Shown here in pieces: positions 38,686 to 48,195 of a stretch of 64,000 nucleotides of DNA. Source of the stretch: a virus (taxonomy: Duplodnaviria > Caudoviricetes); IMG/VR virus record IMGVR_UViG_3300037067_021710. One strand, 5' to 3'. Below the pieces are notes generated by a model. The model made no database searches and was not told the origin of the DNA. It was given only the letters and a program-made list of their open reading frames with translations. Numbering within the stretch: the first letter of the stretch is position 1; each line of letters starts with the position of its first letter. Position numbers and translations under genes: made by a program.

Positions 38686-39975
38686 ATGAGTCGACGTAAA
38701 AAACGCAGAAGACAACTCACATTAAATGAAGAAAGTTTAGATCCAAATAGTTTTAATATTCAAGTTGAAGAAACTGAAGAAACTGAAGAAACTAAATTAA
38801 ACATTTTAAAGGAGTTCAGCATAAAATTAAGAATTAAATTAAACATATTTAAAATAAAAGTATATAATTATTTTAATAGACGATTTGCTCGTTTTGTTAT
38901 AAAACATAAAGTTAGTATAATTGTATACTGTATTACTTTAGCTATATTTACTACATTATACTGCGATTATACTAAGCATTTAGGAATTTTCTTTCAAAAA
39001 GAAAGTGTAATGCTTGAAAAAAGCAGAAAAGACTATGAAGCTTTTAGAAAAATTAAACCACAAAACCTTCATTTAAGATGGCTATTAACATTAGCTGACT
39101 TTAAAAAAGAAAGTGGGCCTGATTTAAAATTAGGAGCAATTGAAAAGGTTGTAAATTCTCTTGGTGCAAATGTTACTGCGAAAGATAGTAACATTTTAGC
39201 TAAAAAGATAGACGCATATATGGAAGTAGGGCTTACCTATGCAATTAGTATTTCTCAAGTAAAGCCAGGAGACTTTATTATTTTTAAGCCTAAGTGGGTT
39301 AATGGAAAACAGATTCACGATAGAGTTGGTCTTGTAGAAGAAGTAACTTCAAATGGATATGTAAAATATGTAGATTGGAATGAGGGTATAGGTACTCTTT
39401 TTCAAACTGTTAGAAGTACAGACCCTTCAATTGAAAAATTTGTAGAGTTTTCATGGCCAATTTGGACTGGAACATTACTTCATAATGGGATACGTGTTAC
39501 CCGAGGATTTAGCGAAGTTAAACATTATGGCATAGATTTTCGTATGTCTAATAGCGAGCGGGCTGTGTATTCATTTACTGATGGAGTTGTTGTAAAAGCC
39601 TATAATAAATATGACTCAAAGTTTCGGTGGACTCAAGAGAACTCAGGAGGAAACTATTGTATTGTACGTTCAAAATATCATGGCCAAATAGTTTATTTAG
39701 AGTACTTTCATTTGGAAAATTTATCTGTAAAACTTGGAGACACTATTGCAAAAAATACTAAACTAGGAAACTACGCTGATATAGGGTATAGTTTTGGGCG
39801 ACATTGTCATTTATCAGTATTTTATAAATTTGCTAATGAGTCTCCTTCAGAACCAATGGACCCAATGCCTTTACTAGCAGAAAATACTTCATTTATTTTA
39901 TTTAATGAATATTTAGACATTGATGACCCAAACTTTGTTGCTTCAAATCAATTTATGGATCATCCAATATTATAA
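38686..39975 (+). CDS. membrane-anchored M23 metallopeptidase
   Basis: TM helix IIVYCITLAIFTTLY; HYGIDF, GGNY, YFHL, HCHL, DPMPLL. Confidence 0.85.
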   Translation: MSRRKKRRRQLTLNEESLDPNSFNIQVEETEETEETKLNILKEFSIKLRIKLNIFKIKVYNYFNRRFARFVIKHKVSIIVYCITLAIFTTLYCDYTKHLGIFFQKESVMLEKSRKDYEAFRKIKPQNLHLRWLLTLADFKKESGPDLKLGAIEKVVNSLGANVTAKDSNILAKKIDAYMEVGLTYAISISQVKPGDFIIFKPKWVNGKQIHDRVGLVEEVTSNGYVKYVDWNEGIGTLFQTVRSTDPSIEKFVEFSWPIWTGTLLHNGIRVTRGFSEVKHYGIDFRMSNSERAVYSFTDGVVVKAYNKYDSKFRWTQENSGGNYCIVRSKYHGQIVYLEYFHLENLSVKLGDTIAKNTKLGNYADIGYSFGRHCHLSVFYKFANESPSEPMDPMPLLAENTSFILFNEYLDIDDPNFVASNQFMDHPIL

Positions 39976-39991
39976 GACTTAAGGAGAAATT

Positions 39992-40576
39992 ATGATTAAT
40001 CTTGCTGATGTACCAGAGTACTTTGAAAAATATAAAAAGACATTTTTTGAAGTAACTGAATTTTGCGAAGGCCTTAAAGTTACTTATACTAAAAATAAAA
40101 AAGGTGCAATAGTATTCACTATTGTTAATTTAAAAGAAGCTACCACCGAAAATATTACTATTTGTTCGTCTTTAATAGAAAAATGTGACATGGAAAAGGC
40201 TTTTCAAAACTATCCAAAAAATATGATAATAGAGGGCCTTATAATTGGCAAAGGAATAAAAGGTAATTGTTATAATAAACCTACTTTTAGATTTTTAATG
40301 CATGATGTTACAACTGCAAAAACTAAAAAGCATTTAACAACTGAACATCGTGTTGATATATTTAATGATTTTCTCTTAAATGAAGGCAAACTTTGCCATG
40401 TGCCTCTTATCTGTGATGAAATTCAACTTTTTTCTGAATTTACTCCTAAGACTTTATTAGATTTTGTAAAAGAGAATTCTCTACTAAATAAAAATATACA
40501 ACAAAAAGGGATAGCATGTAAATCATTGAAAAAAATTAGTGGTAAAGTGCTTGAGTTTAAAGTACTAAACGCTTAG
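39992..40576 (+). CDS. inactive RNA-ligase-like protein
   Basis: Colinear with the NTase domain of 18843..19919, but motif I reads TEFCEG (no Lys). Confidence 0.7.
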   Translation: MINLADVPEYFEKYKKTFFEVTEFCEGLKVTYTKNKKGAIVFTIVNLKEATTENITICSSLIEKCDMEKAFQNYPKNMIIEGLIIGKGIKGNCYNKPTFRFLMHDVTTAKTKKHLTTEHRVDIFNDFLLNEGKLCHVPLICDEIQLFSEFTPKTLLDFVKENSLLNKNIQQKGIACKSLKKISGKVLEFKVLNA

Positions 40577-40585
40577 GAGTATATA

Positions 40586-41002
40586 ATGGCTGCAATTTAT
40601 TATTTTGACTTAGCCCAGGTTCGTAAAGAAGTTAATAATTCTGTAACATATACTAACTTTGTTATAAGAAATGGAGTTTGTAGTTCCACTGGGGTTATTT
40701 TAACTGAAAGTAAAAAATACTATTTACCAACAGATTTAAAATTTTCTCAAATTCCTTCAGATAAAGTGCGATGTAAAATTTATGCAATTGCTTTTATTGA
40801 CCCTTTTCTTGAATTTCCTACAATAGAATTAGCAAATGTGAATATAGAAATAAAAACATATTTGACTAAATATGTATTATGTATAAAAGATAAAAAAGAA
40901 AATATGTATAAACGCCTTATTGAAATCGATCAAAAGTGTTTACTGCCATTTTTAGTATCTTCTAATGGAGTACTTCCAGAAGTAAAATATGATTTGGCTT
41001 AA
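40586..41002 (+). CDS. hypothetical protein
   Basis: 138-aa ORF with AGGAG SD. Confidence 0.6.
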   Translation: MAAIYYFDLAQVRKEVNNSVTYTNFVIRNGVCSSTGVILTESKKYYLPTDLKFSQIPSDKVRCKIYAIAFIDPFLEFPTIELANVNIEIKTYLTKYVLCIKDKKENMYKRLIEIDQKCLLPFLVSSNGVLPEVKYDLA

Positions 41003-41071
41003 GATTATTGCTACTATAGTTTTATTATACCTTTATTTTATAAAAATCCCTAAATTTGGAGCTAAGTCTAA

Positions 41072-41611
41072 GTGAATTCTAAAGGAGTAGGTAATTCTTA
41101 CGAGCGTGAGTTTTCAAAAAAATTATCTTTGTGGGTTAGTAATAATACAAACGATGATCTGTTCTGGCGCGATTTATCCTCAGGTGCTCGCTTTACCTCA
41201 CGTAAAAAACAAGGTAAAGATACTTGTGTAAAAGGAGATATTGTAGCTGTTGATTTAATTTATAAAGAATTTACTGATTTATTTTTTATTGACACAAAGT
41301 CATATTCTTCTATAAATCTATTATTTACTAATTTTTCAAATTTAGTTTCTAATGGCATTTTTCAACAATGGTTGAAAGTAAATAATGATTGCCCGTCTTC
41401 TATGATTCCTTTTATGCCTGTTAAAATACGCGATCGTAAAACTCCCGAATTTATTATATTCCCAATTACTACTAAGTTCCATTCTTCTGGGGCCATGTTA
41501 TACGACTTAATTTTTAAATCAAAAAGATACTCTTTGTGGTTAATACTTCAAGATGATTTTTTTGTTTCTAATGATTGGCGTACATTTATGATGGAAAATA
41601 AAAAGATTTAA
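41072..41611 (+). CDS. Holliday junction resolvase (Hjc-like PD-(D/E)xK)
   Basis: SKGVGNSYEREFSKKLSLW, SSGA, GDIV, IDTKSY. Confidence 0.75.
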   Translation: MNSKGVGNSYEREFSKKLSLWVSNNTNDDLFWRDLSSGARFTSRKKQGKDTCVKGDIVAVDLIYKEFTDLFFIDTKSYSSINLLFTNFSNLVSNGIFQQWLKVNNDCPSSMIPFMPVKIRDRKTPEFIIFPITTKFHSSGAMLYDLIFKSKRYSLWLILQDDFFVSNDWRTFMMENKKI

Positions 41612-41640
41612 TTTTTTATTTTGATTTGTATAATTATTAT

Positions 41641-41814
41641 ATGAAAGAATTAAACTACTCTGCAATTGTGAATTCAGTATGCAAACAATATGCATCACAA
41701 TTTGATGATTGGGAAAGTGATTTCATGGAAGCGATGTTATATAAAGAAAGTTTTTCTGAGAATATGAAAATAAAAATTTTAGAAATAAATAGAAAATATA
41801 GATGCAAGAGATAA
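41641..41814 (+). CDS. hypothetical protein
   Basis: Short ORF after the TTTGTATAAT motif; ATG at 41641. Confidence 0.4.
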   Translation: MKELNYSAIVNSVCKQYASQFDDWESDFMEAMLYKESFSENMKIKILEINRKYRCKR

Positions 41815-42110
41815 ATGATACTTTTATAGAAGCTCAAGTTAATAGACTGTATTATAATGCTTATACTCAAGTCATTGGTTTAATAGCTTTATATGGGCAA
41901 GTTAAAAAAATCCATCCTCATATTTTAAAAAAGAATGGAAAGCGTAAAATATGGTCTGATAATTCTAAAGAAGAATTTTCTTATAGTGATGAACTAATTT
42001 GTACTATTACAAAAAAAGTAGATTTGAAAGATTTAGAAATTATTTTGGAAGTAGTATCAGGAGAATGGCACGATGAATTTAGCCCAAAAACTAATCCCAC
42101 CAACTCTTAA
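41802..42110 (+). CDS. hypothetical protein
   Basis: 102-aa ORF overlapping both neighbours. Confidence 0.5.
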   Translation: MQEINDTFIEAQVNRLYYNAYTQVIGLIALYGQVKKIHPHILKKNGKRKIWSDNSKEEFSYSDELICTITKKVDLKDLEIILEVVSGEWHDEFSPKTNPTNS

Positions 42111-43173
42111 TGAAGTTATAGGCCATGAAAAAACTATTAAAGAATGGAAGCAGCGATCGAAAGAAAAAAACTTTCCACAAGTATCTTTATTCATAGGGCC
42201 TACTGGTGTTGGGAAAACAACTCTTCAACGAATTGTAGCAAAAAATATCTTATGCGAGCATACTGATAATAATGGTAATGCTTGTAATAATTGCTCTATT
42301 TGTAATGCTATTAATTTAGAAAGACCTGCTATAAACTATTATGAATATGATGGTTATGATCTTAATATAGAAAAAGCTCGTGATATAGAAGAGATAGCTT
42401 CTCGTAAAATTTCTTTTGAGACTAGTAATAAAAAAGTATTTGTACTTGATGAACTTCAAGCGCTTTCTAAAAATCCTCAAGCCCTAAAAAAATTATTAAA
42501 GTTTCTTGAACGCCAATATAAAGAAGTATATTTTCTTCTTGGCTCTATGGAAACTTTAAAATTACCTCCTGCTATTCTTGGGAGAACTATAAAATATAAT
42601 TTAAAACCTTTAACTTCAAAACAAATTGGTGAATACTTATATAAGTATTGTGAATCCATAAATATTAAAATTGACACTGAAGAAAAAGCAAGTATACTTT
42701 TGACAATAAGTGAAGCGGCTCGTGGTTCAATGAGAGATGCCCTAGCATATTTAGAAAGAGTTATTTATGGAAATATTTGGAATGAAAAAGATCTTCTTTC
42801 TGAACTTGATTTAGTTACTGAAAAAACCTTAAGCAAAATTATCAATGGTTTACTTTCTGGAAATATAAATGTTTTAACTGAAGTTGAATTGACAGACGAG
42901 ACTATTGAACAGCTTCGTAAAAAATTAAATTTTTTATATAAGCAAGCAGCAGGTCTACAATTACCTTTTTATATTAAAGGAGAATTAGACAAGATTGATA
43001 CTTCTGTTCATATTTCTATTATAGAAATGTGTATTGACCGGTTAAACTCATTATTAAAATTCACCTATTTAACGCCCACGTTAATAGAATTCACTCTAAT
43101 AGGTATTATCACCCAGGCTAAACAAATGCAACCGGGTCAATCTGGAGCATCCCAGCGACCTTCTAGAATATAG
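42073..43173 (+). CDS. clamp loader subunit (DNA Pol III gamma/tau-like)
   Basis: EVIGHE, GPTGVGKTT, CNNCSIC zinc site, VLDELQ, ILGRT, GSMRDAL. Confidence 0.88.
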   Translation: MNLAQKLIPPTLNEVIGHEKTIKEWKQRSKEKNFPQVSLFIGPTGVGKTTLQRIVAKNILCEHTDNNGNACNNCSICNAINLERPAINYYEYDGYDLNIEKARDIEEIASRKISFETSNKKVFVLDELQALSKNPQALKKLLKFLERQYKEVYFLLGSMETLKLPPAILGRTIKYNLKPLTSKQIGEYLYKYCESINIKIDTEEKASILLTISEAARGSMRDALAYLERVIYGNIWNEKDLLSELDLVTEKTLSKIINGLLSGNINVLTEVELTDETIEQLRKKLNFLYKQAAGLQLPFYIKGELDKIDTSVHISIIEMCIDRLNSLLKFTYLTPTLIEFTLIGIITQAKQMQPGQSGASQRPSRI

Positions 43174-43175
43174 TT

Positions 43176-43430
43176 ATGATAACACCAAAAGAAAAATATT
43201 ATGAATTGATTAAAAATAGCAATATATCTAACATTTTAGATGAATTAGAAGTATCTTATACTACAAAAGCTCGAATTATTACAGATCTTCTAAAAACGTA
43301 TACTTCTGAACAAATAAATTTTGCTTTAGACATTTATCAAAATAGGTATATTGCAATAAAACGATATACTCTTAGTCATATAGACAGGACGTTAATTTCA
43401 ATAATTAAACGATATGATGCTCAAAAATAA
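43176..43430 (+). CDS. hypothetical protein
   Basis: 84-aa ORF. Confidence 0.5.
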   Translation: MITPKEKYYELIKNSNISNILDELEVSYTTKARIITDLLKTYTSEQINFALDIYQNRYIAIKRYTLSHIDRTLISIIKRYDAQK

Positions 43431-43447
43431 TTTAAGGAGATTTATGT

Positions 43448-43615
43448 ATGAAAATATATTGCAAAAAATGTAAAACTATTACCCGCCATAAGTCAGCTCC
43501 TCGAGGAGTTGTATGCAAGAAATGTAGTGAATTTAACGTAGACTATTATAAGGAGTTACAAATAAAAGATGAACAAAGTATTGGTCATTGGAGATTTGCA
43601 CTTAAAGCATACTAG
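43448..43615 (+). CDS. small zinc-ribbon protein (55 aa)
   Basis: Read by hand: MKIYCKKCKTITRH...VCKKC; AAGGAG SD upstream. Confidence 0.5.
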   Translation: MKIYCKKCKTITRHKSAPRGVVCKKCSEFNVDYYKELQIKDEQSIGHWRFALKAY

Positions 43616-44474
43616 CCCTTATTTTGAAGCACAACAACAGTTTTTAAATTGGCTAGATGAAAATTATAGAGGAAATACTTTTATCTTTGTTGGTGATGAG
43701 CTTGACAGTTCAGCTCCAGATTGGGAAGTTTTCTCTATGTTCGCTAATTTTTTAGAAAAACAAACTCAAGTATACTTGCTTGGCGGAAACCATACACATT
43801 CACGTAGAAAAGGAAGTGTGCTTGAAGGAATTAATCATCTTCCTAATGTTAAAGTGATTTTAGAAAAAGAAGAAATTACTATTAACAATTATAAGTGTTT
43901 GTTTTTGCCTTTTAAATACTCATTAAGTATGAAAGAAGAATATGAGAGTCTTAAAGGGTCTTATGACTTTATTTTTACTCATATAACCCCGCCTGAATCT
44001 GCTTTTGGAAATGAAGGAATTAATCTTAGCGTGCAAGGAACTACTATCCATGGGCATATTCATTTAGCTAAAAACTTTATTCATAATGAAAATCAACATT
44101 ACATAATTGGGGTTCCTATTGCTACTCGTCATGGAGAAATTGATAATCCAATATTTGAAATTGTTGAAGGTAAAATTGTTGAAATAACCCACCCAAGTTA
44201 TTTTGAATATGAAACAGTAGAGTTTGGCCAACTACCAAAAAATAAAAATAATGTTTTGAATATTATTAATGCCCCAGATTCAAATTCAGTAAATGACTTT
44301 TATAAAGATTATTTTGTACGAGATATTGAATTAAAACGTACTGAAAATGCTTTGCAAGAAAATATTACTTTTAATGCTGCAACAATAAAAATTAAGTTTT
44401 ATACGTTCTGCCTTGAAAATGGAGTGTCAAAAGAAATACTTGATTGTGGACTTCGTTATTTAGGAGAATCTTAA
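43569..44474 (+). CDS. SbcD/Mre11-like nuclease (gp47-like)
   Basis: GDLH, GD, GNH, FTH, GHIH metallophosphoesterase motifs. Confidence 0.88.
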   Translation: MNKVLVIGDLHLKHTSPYFEAQQQFLNWLDENYRGNTFIFVGDELDSSAPDWEVFSMFANFLEKQTQVYLLGGNHTHSRRKGSVLEGINHLPNVKVILEKEEITINNYKCLFLPFKYSLSMKEEYESLKGSYDFIFTHITPPESAFGNEGINLSVQGTTIHGHIHLAKNFIHNENQHYIIGVPIATRHGEIDNPIFEIVEGKIVEITHPSYFEYETVEFGQLPKNKNNVLNIINAPDSNSVNDFYKDYFVRDIELKRTENALQENITFNAATIKIKFYTFCLENGVSKEILDCGLRYLGES

Positions 44475-45581
44475 TTGGAATATACTCGCTCAGATATTTA
44501 TAATACTCTTGATGCGTTAAATATTCATTATGTTCAAGATTCTGGAGAATGGGTAAAACTTCAATGTGTAAATACTGCTCATGAAGACAGTACTCCTTCA
44601 GCTGGTATTAATGTTGAAACTGGGGTTTATAATTGTTTAGGGTGTAGACTAAAAACTAATATTGTAAAGATAGTTCAAAACATTTATAATTGTACTTATA
44701 AAGAAGCAGAGAATTTTGTTAAAACTCAATCTTTTGATTATATACCACAAAATGTTATTTTTCAACCAAAGCAATCTACTGAAATAAAGAAGCCAAAAGA
44801 AAAAAAATTAACTGTTAAAACTTCTTTAGAAACTTTTCCTTTACAATCAGAAAAATATAATTACACTTCTCAAAGAGGGTTTACAAAAGATTTTTGTGAA
44901 GAATTTAATATTACTCATTGTATTAGTAATTTTTATACTGACTATTTTATTGTACCAATTATAGACTCAAAGAAAAAAATAAATTTGTTTGAAGCTCGAA
45001 AATTAATGCAGTATGAGAAACTTCAAGAGTATTATAAAAGCTCGGATTCATTTAAAAATCTCTCTAAACAATTTAAGCGAGAATGCAAACGAAGAAAACT
45101 TAAACTTGAAAATCAAAAATTATTTGAAAACAATAAAGAAATCTTTTCTATTGAATTAACATACTTACTTCAGAAAAAAGTTTTATACCCTAAAGGAGTA
45201 AGTATAAATACTACTATTTTTAATATTGATAATTTAGATAGGAAAAAACCCTTATATGTAGTTGAGGGATTTGGAAGTGTACCAAAAATTTATTTGAATA
45301 TTTCTAAAAATGTAACCTGCACTTTTGGAGCTGTAATTACTGAAGACCAAATGGATTATTTAAAAGAGTTTAAAGAAATACTTTTATTAAATGACAATGA
45401 TTTTGCTGGTTATAAAATGGCGGAACAACTTGGAAAAGAACATTTAAATGCTTATACAATTCCTATTATTTCAGAAGACACCGATGACTCTTATGTAAAA
45501 GATATTCTTTCTACTCCTCAGTTTTTGTGTAATATATATGCAAATAGAAAACTTTTATTAGGAAATTATAAAAAGTTTTAG
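44475..45581 (+). CDS. DnaG-type primase
   Basis: C..HEDSTPS...YNCLGC zinc finger; TOPRIM VVEG and DND. Confidence 0.85.
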   Translation: MEYTRSDIYNTLDALNIHYVQDSGEWVKLQCVNTAHEDSTPSAGINVETGVYNCLGCRLKTNIVKIVQNIYNCTYKEAENFVKTQSFDYIPQNVIFQPKQSTEIKKPKEKKLTVKTSLETFPLQSEKYNYTSQRGFTKDFCEEFNITHCISNFYTDYFIVPIIDSKKKINLFEARKLMQYEKLQEYYKSSDSFKNLSKQFKRECKRRKLKLENQKLFENNKEIFSIELTYLLQKKVLYPKGVSINTTIFNIDNLDRKKPLYVVEGFGSVPKIYLNISKNVTCTFGAVITEDQMDYLKEFKEILLLNDNDFAGYKMAEQLGKEHLNAYTIPIISEDTDDSYVKDILSTPQFLCNIYANRKLLLGNYKKF

Positions 45582-45892
45582 TCAATTTCAATTTCAAAAA
45601 ACTTTAAAATTCCATACAATTCTAGTGCTCGTAAAAGCTCTTTTGATGAATGTACTAAAATGAGTTTTTTGTGTTGTATTTGAAGAGTATTAAAAATATT
45701 TATAAGGAGAGCTATAAAAGTTGAGTCAAACTCTTTTAGTTGTCTTAAGTCTAAGGTAAATTTTTCGTAAGAGTTTAAATATGGTCTTATTTCTTCAAAA
45801 GCAATATGCGAAGCAAAAAGAGTGATTGATGGTTTGCAAATAGTAATAAATAAACAATTATTTTTAATATCTACTTCAAAATTAATTTTCAC
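45578..45892 (-). CDS. STAS-domain anti-sigma-factor antagonist-like protein
   Basis: LDLRQLKEFDSTFIALL...LELYGILKFFEI. Confidence 0.8.
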   Translation of the reverse strand: MKINFEVDIKNNCLFITICKPSITLFASHIAFEEIRPYLNSYEKFTLDLRQLKEFDSTFIALLINIFNTLQIQHKKLILVHSSKELLRALELYGILKFFEIEID

Positions 45893-46046
45893 ATAAACCT
45901 AGCAAGCTTCGTAGTTTGGTATAGGGAAAAGTTTTTGAAGATGCTTTTTAATTTTTTTAATGTTGTTTGTTATTGTTTCCATTTATTTAATTTTTAAATT
46001 AATTTAGTGTTTTATATTTATATTGTTAGAGAGCTTTTATATTTCA

Positions 46047-47021
46047 TTAGTCGATGTATCTTATAGTTATAAAACCACGATTGTAAGATGTTGAATTAAA
46101 AAGTGTAGAATCGAATGACGCAGTATCTGCCATACTAAAACTTGCTATTCTGTACAATGAAATACCTGTTGCAGTAATCCTAATCTCACCAGCTCCACTA
46201 TTTACTAAATCATATAAATAAAGGCCAGCATCATCTCGTATAAAGCATGATGCGGAACGTATTTTTGAAAATGTTAATCCATGGCTTTTCCAAAGGCTGC
46301 CTGATGAAGCCATATCCCAATCATCAATATTGATGATTTTCTCACGAATTATTCCTGCTCCAGTTCCGGTTTCAGCAATTGCATGAGCATGCCCTGTGAT
46401 GTCCCCAATTAAACTTCCTGATAATGTTCCAACAATATTAGATGAAAATGTTTTAGTGCCCGCTATTGTTTGGTTGCCTGTAAGTGCAACATTATTACTT
46501 GCATTCCCAGTGACATTTCCAACTAAACTTCCAGATATTGTACCATTAACTCGTACATTTCCAGGTAAATAAGTTGTATTTGCTGAATCAAGTGAAGTTG
46601 AAGTTTTATAAGCAGGCCATGTATAATTAAATCCAGTTAATACACTTCCAGAATATGTAGCTTTGCCAATAGTAACTTCATTTGTAGCTTTTACTCCATT
46701 ATCAGCACGAATAGCAAAGTCAATATAATTTTCAATAACATCAGCCCACGTATAAGTCATATATACAACAGGACTTCCAGCAGACACATTAATAGTTACT
46801 GCTGTGGTTGTAGTAGCTCTAACCATTTTGTCAGTACCAACATTAAGGTAAGCAACAAATGGGCTTATAGTTACAGTAGCATTATCAACTTTAGTAAGAG
46901 TAGCTCCAGAAAAAATACCAGGTTTAATTGCTCCTCTCAACAAAGTATTAAAACTTGCTGAAGTAGTTGGATTTTTATAATCGAAAGTTAGTGTTTGATT
47001 ACCAGAATTTGTCGTACTCAT
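46047..47021 (-). CDS. tail fibre / baseplate-associated protein
   Basis: GNVTGNAS and LTGNQTIAGTKTFSS fibre motifs; late motif at 47041. Confidence 0.7.
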   Translation of the reverse strand: MSTTNSGNQTLTFDYKNPTTSASFNTLLRGAIKPGIFSGATLTKVDNATVTISPFVAYLNVGTDKMVRATTTTAVTINVSAGSPVVYMTYTWADVIENYIDFAIRADNGVKATNEVTIGKATYSGSVLTGFNYTWPAYKTSTSLDSANTTYLPGNVRVNGTISGSLVGNVTGNASNNVALTGNQTIAGTKTFSSNIVGTLSGSLIGDITGHAHAIAETGTGAGIIREKIINIDDWDMASSGSLWKSHGLTFSKIRSASCFIRDDAGLYLYDLVNSGAGEIRITATGISLYRIASFSMADTASFDSTLFNSTSYNRGFITIRYID

Positions 47022-47054
47022 TAAATCGAATCCTCATTAATTATTAGTAATGAA

Positions 47055-48194
47055 CTAAACTAAGTTAAATGTAAATGCAATATTGCTATAGAAAGACCCA
47101 CTATTTAAAATAACTTTTGGAAAAGTTGAATACATAAAACACTGGCCACTTGAAGTAAAACAAGCCATTTCTGTAAAATCTGGTACCATAGCTTTTTCAT
47201 ATAGTTTTCTTCTATATAAAAATGGAGCCTCTGTAATAGAAGTAAGTGTATCAAAAGCAGAAATTGTACAAACTAATCCTTGTACAGAACTAATAGAAGA
47301 ATTTATAGTAGTTAATGCCCCACTCCCTAGTTGGACTGAACCAGAATTTATCATAGAAGAAAAACTAGTAGGAGAACCGAAAAACATAGTTTTTTGACTA
47401 CCAGAAAGAAGTCTTTCATAGTCTACATAATTTGTAGTTATAAGTTGACCAGAAGTACCATAGTTAATATGTAAATTTGGTTCATAATACATTTGTTCTG
47501 TTTTACGTTTAATCTGCTTACAATCATTATCAATTGCTTTTAAAGAGTTTAAGCTCATAAATTCAGTAGCATTTTCTATAAAATTAAATTTATAAGAAAA
47601 CATAATGCTTCGTAATATTGAATCTACATATGAAGCTTGGTCAAGCATTGTAATAGTACTAGTAGTATCTAAATAAGCTGGAGCAAAACCTGACTCTTTT
47701 GGATCTTCATAGACAGGAATTCCTAATGTATAATATAATAATTTATCATCCCCAGAATCGAGAATATTTATAACACTACTTAATTCAGTCGAAGTCCAGT
47801 AATCTATAAAAGGGCTAATACTATTGTCTTCTACAATTTTTACTAATGGGTATACATCAGCATATAAATTAAAAATATACCCTTCAGCTATATATGCTTT
47901 TCTTCCATTTTTATAAAGAATGCGTTTTATAATAGTTTCAACTTCACGCTTAAGATACTCTTTAGTTATAGCCCACCCTTCATAATAAGATAAGTTCCAA
48001 CCAAAACGAATTAATAAATTTTTAAGATCTGTCTCAGTAGCTTTATCTATTATCCATTGGTCATGAATAGTAGTAATTTTTTCATCTTTTAAGCTTGCAA
48101 TAGTAGACTGATACGCTTGTATAAATTCTTTCCATTTCGTTACACTCTTTAAATTAGAGGGTAGTAATTTTGTCCAGTCTTTTGTAATTGGCAT
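47055..48194 (-). CDS. baseplate wedge / tail protein I-like
   Basis: Follows the baseplate J/gp6-like gene; LLPSNLK...IDKATETDLKNLL. Confidence 0.6.
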   Translation of the reverse strand: MPITKDWTKLLPSNLKSVTKWKEFIQAYQSTIASLKDEKITTIHDQWIIDKATETDLKNLLIRFGWNLSYYEGWAITKEYLKREVETIIKRILYKNGRKAYIAEGYIFNLYADVYPLVKIVEDNSISPFIDYWTSTELSSVINILDSGDDKLLYYTLGIPVYEDPKESGFAPAYLDTTSTITMLDQASYVDSILRSIMFSYKFNFIENATEFMSLNSLKAIDNDCKQIKRKTEQMYYEPNLHINYGTSGQLITTNYVDYERLLSGSQKTMFFGSPTSFSSMINSGSVQLGSGALTTINSSISSVQGLVCTISAFDTLTSITEAPFLYRRKLYEKAMVPDFTEMACFTSSGQCFMYSTFPKVILNSGSFYSNIAFTFNLV

Positions 48195-48195
48195 G

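Noticed and set aside
38767-38793. GAAGAAACT x3 tandem repeat
   Set aside because: Simple in-frame EET expansion in a low-complexity N-terminus
45899-45901. In-frame TAG upstream of the STAS gene as a sign of amber recoding
   Set aside because: Many genes end in TAG with the next gene starting right after (12477, 13721, 47055, 61075), and conserved enzymes are uninterrupted in code 11
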